This document shows positions 60,257-64,000 of a stretch of DNA of 64,000 nucleotides, piece by piece. Each line of letters starts with the position of its first letter. The stretch's first letter is position 1. The notes below the pieces were generated by a model. That model made no database searches. It was given only the letters and a program-made list of their open reading frames with translations, and was not told where the DNA came from. The stretch comes from an uncultured virus (IMG/VR IMGVR_UViG_2860317346_000001) (Duplodnaviria > Heunggongvirae > Uroviricota > Caudoviricetes): positions 1 through 64,000 of the IMG/VR virus record IMGVR_UViG_2860317346_000001. The stretch is one strand, 5' to 3'. The position numbers were made by a program, and so were the translations under genes.

Positions 60257-61239
60257 TTAACGTGGAAAATGTCGACAGAAAAAAAGTATTAGGGTTATAC
60301 GGTGTGTTAGCACCGTACCACGGTTCGGGTGACACCGTTTATGTTCCAAAGTATATGAGAACTGTCGACGGAAAACCCGTTAAAAATGGTATGACCGCAA
60401 TTGTATGGCGCTACCCGGTCGTATCGAAAAATGCGGTTATTAAACTTACGTTACAGGTACATGATGAAAATGTCATACGTGTTCCAGTTAAATACATAAG
60501 TAGTCTCGATGGCGATTATGACGGCGATTGTGTCGCATGTATGGCTATCGATGATAATATCCCGTGGGTACATACAGATTATATTGTTAACAATTATTCA
60601 ACGTGTAATACGGATATAGATTTATCCCTATCCAAATTTAAATCATCGAAGCGTGCGGGTTCCTTCCTTGATGTTTTGCTAACCAGAAATACTGAAATGT
60701 GGACCGAATTATATGATGATGCGACTAACCGAGATATGTTAACTGATATGTTACCAAAATTACCTGGTGCCATATTTAAACATTTAATCGGTATGGGTGT
60801 GGGTAAATATCAAGTAATTAGTAATTATATTGTTTATAACCATGAAAATGAAACGGAAATCATAACTAACACGACAAACACTCTAAATGGAAAAACCGAT
60901 ATATGGGTATCGGCTGTTCATAACGTAATGGCCGAATTCTATAAACAAACATTAAACACCAAACACCCTAACGTTAAATCAGATTTACGTGATATGTACA
61001 AGTTTTATAATCTCGTATTCGGTGATATACCACGATGGTTTATAGATGAGACCGGAATCACCTACCCACTGGAAAAGGTTGAGGTGGCATACTTTTATGA
61101 TAAATTCTTCAACGGACCACAGAAATCCAATTTTGATGTAGTTTTACACGGGTTAAAAAATGCAAAAAACAAACAAATGTTATTCGAATCGACCAATAAC
61201 GAGCATATACACATCACCGTACCGACAGTTAATCGGTGA
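60253..61239 (+). CDS. Miniature RNA polymerase beta'/Rpo1-like catalytic subunit (DPBB-A)
   Basis: RKKV.G..GV.....VYVP, WRYP, LDGDYDGD; bridge-helix-like RDMLTD...K..G; trigger-loop-like QTLNTKH. Confidence 0.85.
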   Translation: MINVENVDRKKVLGLYGVLAPYHGSGDTVYVPKYMRTVDGKPVKNGMTAIVWRYPVVSKNAVIKLTLQVHDENVIRVPVKYISSLDGDYDGDCVACMAIDDNIPWVHTDYIVNNYSTCNTDIDLSLSKFKSSKRAGSFLDVLLTRNTEMWTELYDDATNRDMLTDMLPKLPGAIFKHLIGMGVGKYQVISNYIVYNHENETEIITNTTNTLNGKTDIWVSAVHNVMAEFYKQTLNTKHPNVKSDLRDMYKFYNLVFGDIPRWFIDETGITYPLEKVEVAYFYDKFFNGPQKSNFDVVLHGLKNAKNKQMLFESTNNEHIHITVPTVNR

Positions 61240-62008
61240 AAAATCATTTAACGCATCAATAGGTACGGATTCTATACCAAAACGATACCATTTACGTAAT
61301 GGGGCTAAAGCGAAAACATGGTTTCGTGGTGGTCTAAATGTTGAAGGTTATACGTATAAAGTAGCCATATGTAATCACAACTTGACCGTGGAAGATTCCT
61401 ACGTATTCACTAAAAAAGCAGCGGATGTCCCTGAAATCAAATTTAATGTTCACTTTAATGAAGACGACACGCGTAAACCAAAAGAGATTTACAGAAACGA
61501 TAACGCGAAATTAGTTACAGGTGGTATTGACGTTGATGGTGTGAAAAGCTTGGAGGTTGGTGATAAAATATCTAACCTTCACGGACAGAAGGGTACAATC
61601 ACAAACATCATTCCAGATAGACGTTTCAAGGTGGAACCCTGTGTATTCGAATCCGATACACTAGAAACTATAGAAACGAAAATGAAAACTATCGACGTGT
61701 TAATGAATTATGATTCAATTATCTCACGTGGCGCGTTTGGTATTTTCTGTGAGTTAGGTTACGCTACGGCTAAACGTGCACCAAATGTAACTTCTGAATT
61801 TTTACCGGTTGAAAGTGGTTATCTTATCGATAGTGAAACCGATACAAAACACGCGGCCTTATTTGGTAAACTTCATTTCATGGTATTAGACAAAATGTCA
61901 AGGTTTATAATGAATCGGTTTGCCACAATTGATTACATGACAAGATACGCCATGTACGCTAACACTGGAAGTGATTGCCTTTGGACGGATTTACCTTATC
62001 AGATATAA
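61160..62008 (+). CDS. Miniature RNA polymerase beta/Rpo2-like subunit (DPBB-B)
   Basis: G....VAI....VEDSYV, VGDKISNLHGQKGTI, DVLMN..SIISR...G...E, FG...FM.L.KM; start codon uncertain. Confidence 0.88.
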   Translation: MQKTNKCYSNRPITSIYTSPYRQLIGEKSFNASIGTDSIPKRYHLRNGAKAKTWFRGGLNVEGYTYKVAICNHNLTVEDSYVFTKKAADVPEIKFNVHFNEDDTRKPKEIYRNDNAKLVTGGIDVDGVKSLEVGDKISNLHGQKGTITNIIPDRRFKVEPCVFESDTLETIETKMKTIDVLMNYDSIISRGAFGIFCELGYATAKRAPNVTSEFLPVESGYLIDSETDTKHAALFGKLHFMVLDKMSRFIMNRFATIDYMTRYAMYANTGSDCLWTDLPYQI

Positions 62009-62010
62009 TT

Positions 62011-62640
62011 ATGCAGCAACCGAAATTATTAGAAAGTACCGGGGCTGCTCTAAATACACTTAGGTTGTTGTGTAACGGAATGGCACCCGTTATACGAATA
62101 AATGGGCCGGTTACCTTCGTCGACATATACGGTGATACGTATGATGTATCTACGGAAAACGTAACGAATCGGTTCGAACCTATTACATTTTACGACGAAG
62201 AAACTAACGTTAGGTTTCGAGGTAGTATGATATACCAGATTCTTGACGCTGAAATAAATTATGATTTTATTCCTGTTAACACTGTTAATTATTCAAACGA
62301 TGTTTTTTATATAAACGGCGAAATCAAAACACTAGCCGATATACTGTGTAATTATTCGTCACCGGACGTAATCAATGCGTTACCACGGTTTGACCATAAA
62401 AAAATAATATACAACTTTGATGACCGGCAATATATCGGTTATAATGCGGTAGATAAAATAATAGACGACGTTGAGTATAGAAACCATACGTTATCACCTT
62501 GTGATAACGGTTATGTTGTGGGACGGCAAAAATATCCGTTTTCAATGTTTCATAGTTACGACACGAATACGTTCGTTAATGATGTATTGGGTGTGGATAT
62601 AGCTCCAGTTTCAAATAAACTGTCATTGCTATACTCATAA
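62011..62640 (+). CDS. Hypothetical protein directly downstream of the RNAP genes
   Basis: ATG 62011, 2 nt after the previous stop. Confidence 0.7.
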   Translation: MQQPKLLESTGAALNTLRLLCNGMAPVIRINGPVTFVDIYGDTYDVSTENVTNRFEPITFYDEETNVRFRGSMIYQILDAEINYDFIPVNTVNYSNDVFYINGEIKTLADILCNYSSPDVINALPRFDHKKIIYNFDDRQYIGYNAVDKIIDDVEYRNHTLSPCDNGYVVGRQKYPFSMFHSYDTNTFVNDVLGVDIAPVSNKLSLLYS

Positions 62641-62645
62641 CCGCG

Positions 62646-63182
62646 CTAACGTTTATTAATCGCAGCTCCTTCCAAGACAGCTAAAATTCTGTCGATAAAT
62701 GATTGTGGGAACATGGTACGTATAAACGGTAACTGAAATAGGTTTAACATTATCCATCTCGCGTATAAGACCAAAATGGGTATCACGGTATACGTGAAGT
62801 CAAACGACAACCCCATGAGGGTTATTAATTGATTTAACAACACTACACATTCGTATAACATTATAAGGGATAACCCTTTTGTCATACCAATGGTTGCTGA
62901 TTTCAATAAAATACCTATGAATTCCCGAACGTGACATGAAAATGAAAAATCATGCGAAGAACACTTCTCGGTTTGCACGCTGAACTGTTTTACCGTCATG
63001 GTCAATACATCCATAACTAAAAACACGTTTAGTATACGTAGAAGTTCAAATTCGGGCTGCATAATATATGCGATAATTACAGTTAGAATGGATAACATGA
63101 AAACACCAGCCGACGCAGATTGCTGTAACACGTATTGTAGTAACCACACCAAAAATACTTCATTTGTTACGTTATTTTCCAA
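62646..63182 (-). CDS. Membrane protein, possibly holin-like
   Basis: Several hydrophobic helices; VFLVMDVLT resembles a holin-type motif (weak). Confidence 0.55.
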   Translation of the reverse strand: MENNVTNEVFLVWLLQYVLQQSASAGVFMLSILTVIIAYIMQPEFELLRILNVFLVMDVLTMTVKQFSVQTEKCSSHDFSFSCHVREFIGILLKSATIGMTKGLSLIMLYECVVLLNQLITLMGLSFDFTYTVIPILVLYARWIMLNLFQLPFIRTMFPQSFIDRILAVLEGAAINKR

Positions 63183-63198
63183 GAAAACACACCTCTGA

Positions 63199-63819
63199 TT
63201 GGTGATGATTATGTTAGGTAAAATGAAAAACGGTGTCTATGTTCCTGTGTCCGAAAATGGGCCCGAAAATAGATTACAATGCCCCGCGTGTGGTAAGGTA
63301 TTGTTAACCGGTGGGTGTGATTGTACAGCGTACACCGGCGTCAAAATTGACAGCGACCACATACTGAAAATTGAAGAAATTATACAAATCTTGCGAGCTT
63401 CTGGTTATCACCCAGCAAAATTCGGTTTACAAGGTAAACACAAATTCCATTATTCCGATATCATGGTTAAACATGATACACCAGGTTTTCAAAATTCGAT
63501 AACATTGATAAATGAAGAACCACCGATAGAGGAACTTAGGAAGCGAACTTTCGCACTATCTATGGTGAAAATGTTCGTGGGTTATATCGTAGATTACGAT
63601 GCTATTGATGTATCGAAGTCTGAAGCGGTCGATTTTATCGTTGAACATTACGGGTACGTAACTGTTTACAGTAAACGTCGACTATATAACTATTATCCAA
63701 AAACCGATACTTTTATACCGTTAAATCATGTTAATTTGCGGACAGTTACGTCCGATAAAATGAAAAATCAAACATATTATAAGGTATGTAAACTGGAGCC
63801 TAAAGAGGATGTAAAATGA
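63199..63819 (+). CDS. Zn-ribbon-containing hypothetical protein
   Basis: CPACG...CDC; start probably ATG 63211 after GGTGA. Confidence 0.7.
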   Translation: MVMIMLGKMKNGVYVPVSENGPENRLQCPACGKVLLTGGCDCTAYTGVKIDSDHILKIEEIIQILRASGYHPAKFGLQGKHKFHYSDIMVKHDTPGFQNSITLINEEPPIEELRKRTFALSMVKMFVGYIVDYDAIDVSKSEAVDFIVEHYGYVTVYSKRRLYNYYPKTDTFIPLNHVNLRTVTSDKMKNQTYYKVCKLEPKEDVK

Positions 63820-64000
63820 TAACCAAATTAAATGGTAATCTAGCGTCAACGATGATACGGGGACACATTAAAGCCGTATCAACATACGATGATGCTGAGC
63901 AGGATATAGGTGAATACAAACCTACGTTAGTGTTCAAACTCCCAAAATCCTCATTAAAACTAATATACGCAGATATACGTGGTATGCGTCGTTCGTTAAA
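63816..64000 (+). CDS. Partial ORF running off the window end
   Basis: ATGA overlap with the previous stop, GAGGA RBS, open to 64000. Confidence 0.6.
   Translation, partial: MITKLNGNLASTMIRGHIKAVSTYDDAEQDIGEYKPTLVFKLPKSSLKLIYADIRGMRRSL

Noticed and set aside
60253..61239. Archaeal PolD or eukaryote-type RdRP as the identity of the DxDGD protein
   Set aside because: The neighbouring GDK...HGQKG subunit and the TLNTxH motif fit DNA-dependent RNAP lineages better
1..64000. tRNA genes, inteins, integrase, transposase, capsid or terminase
   Set aside because: No recognisable motifs seen by eye; such genes may lie outside the window

Overview
This is a 64-kb, AT-rich, densely coding segment of a large virus-like genome. 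It is most likely a tailed virus of a methanogenic archaeon. That host call is inferred from GGTGA/GAGGTG ribosome-binding sites, oligo-T terminators, an archaeal-type ThyA, an Hjc resolvase and an MCM-like helicase. Layout: (1) 1-19 kb, expanded families of paralogous unknown genes plus two MoxR AAA+/vWA pairs. (2) 19-33 kb, replication and nucleotide-metabolism genes (ligase, ThyA, nucleotidase, Hjc, Sak4-like ATPase, SSB, guanylate kinase fused to a Tad2-like domain). These surround a 1.6-kb non-coding region with palindromic iterons, an AT-only tract and a structured RNA candidate, a probable origin. (3) 32.8-53.1 kb, a minus-strand tail/adhesin module (RCC1, DUF2341, LamG, Kelch). (4) 53-64 kb, a third MoxR/vWA pair, an MCM-like helicase, a Cas4-like nuclease, a dCTP deaminase-RNase H fusion, and two short adjacent genes carrying the catalytic motifs of the beta' and beta subunits of a two-barrel RNA polymerase in only about 600 aa. 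The miniature RNA polymerase is the top finding. All homology calls are by-eye motif recognition; no searches were run. No capsid, terminase, tRNA or CRISPR array was recognised.
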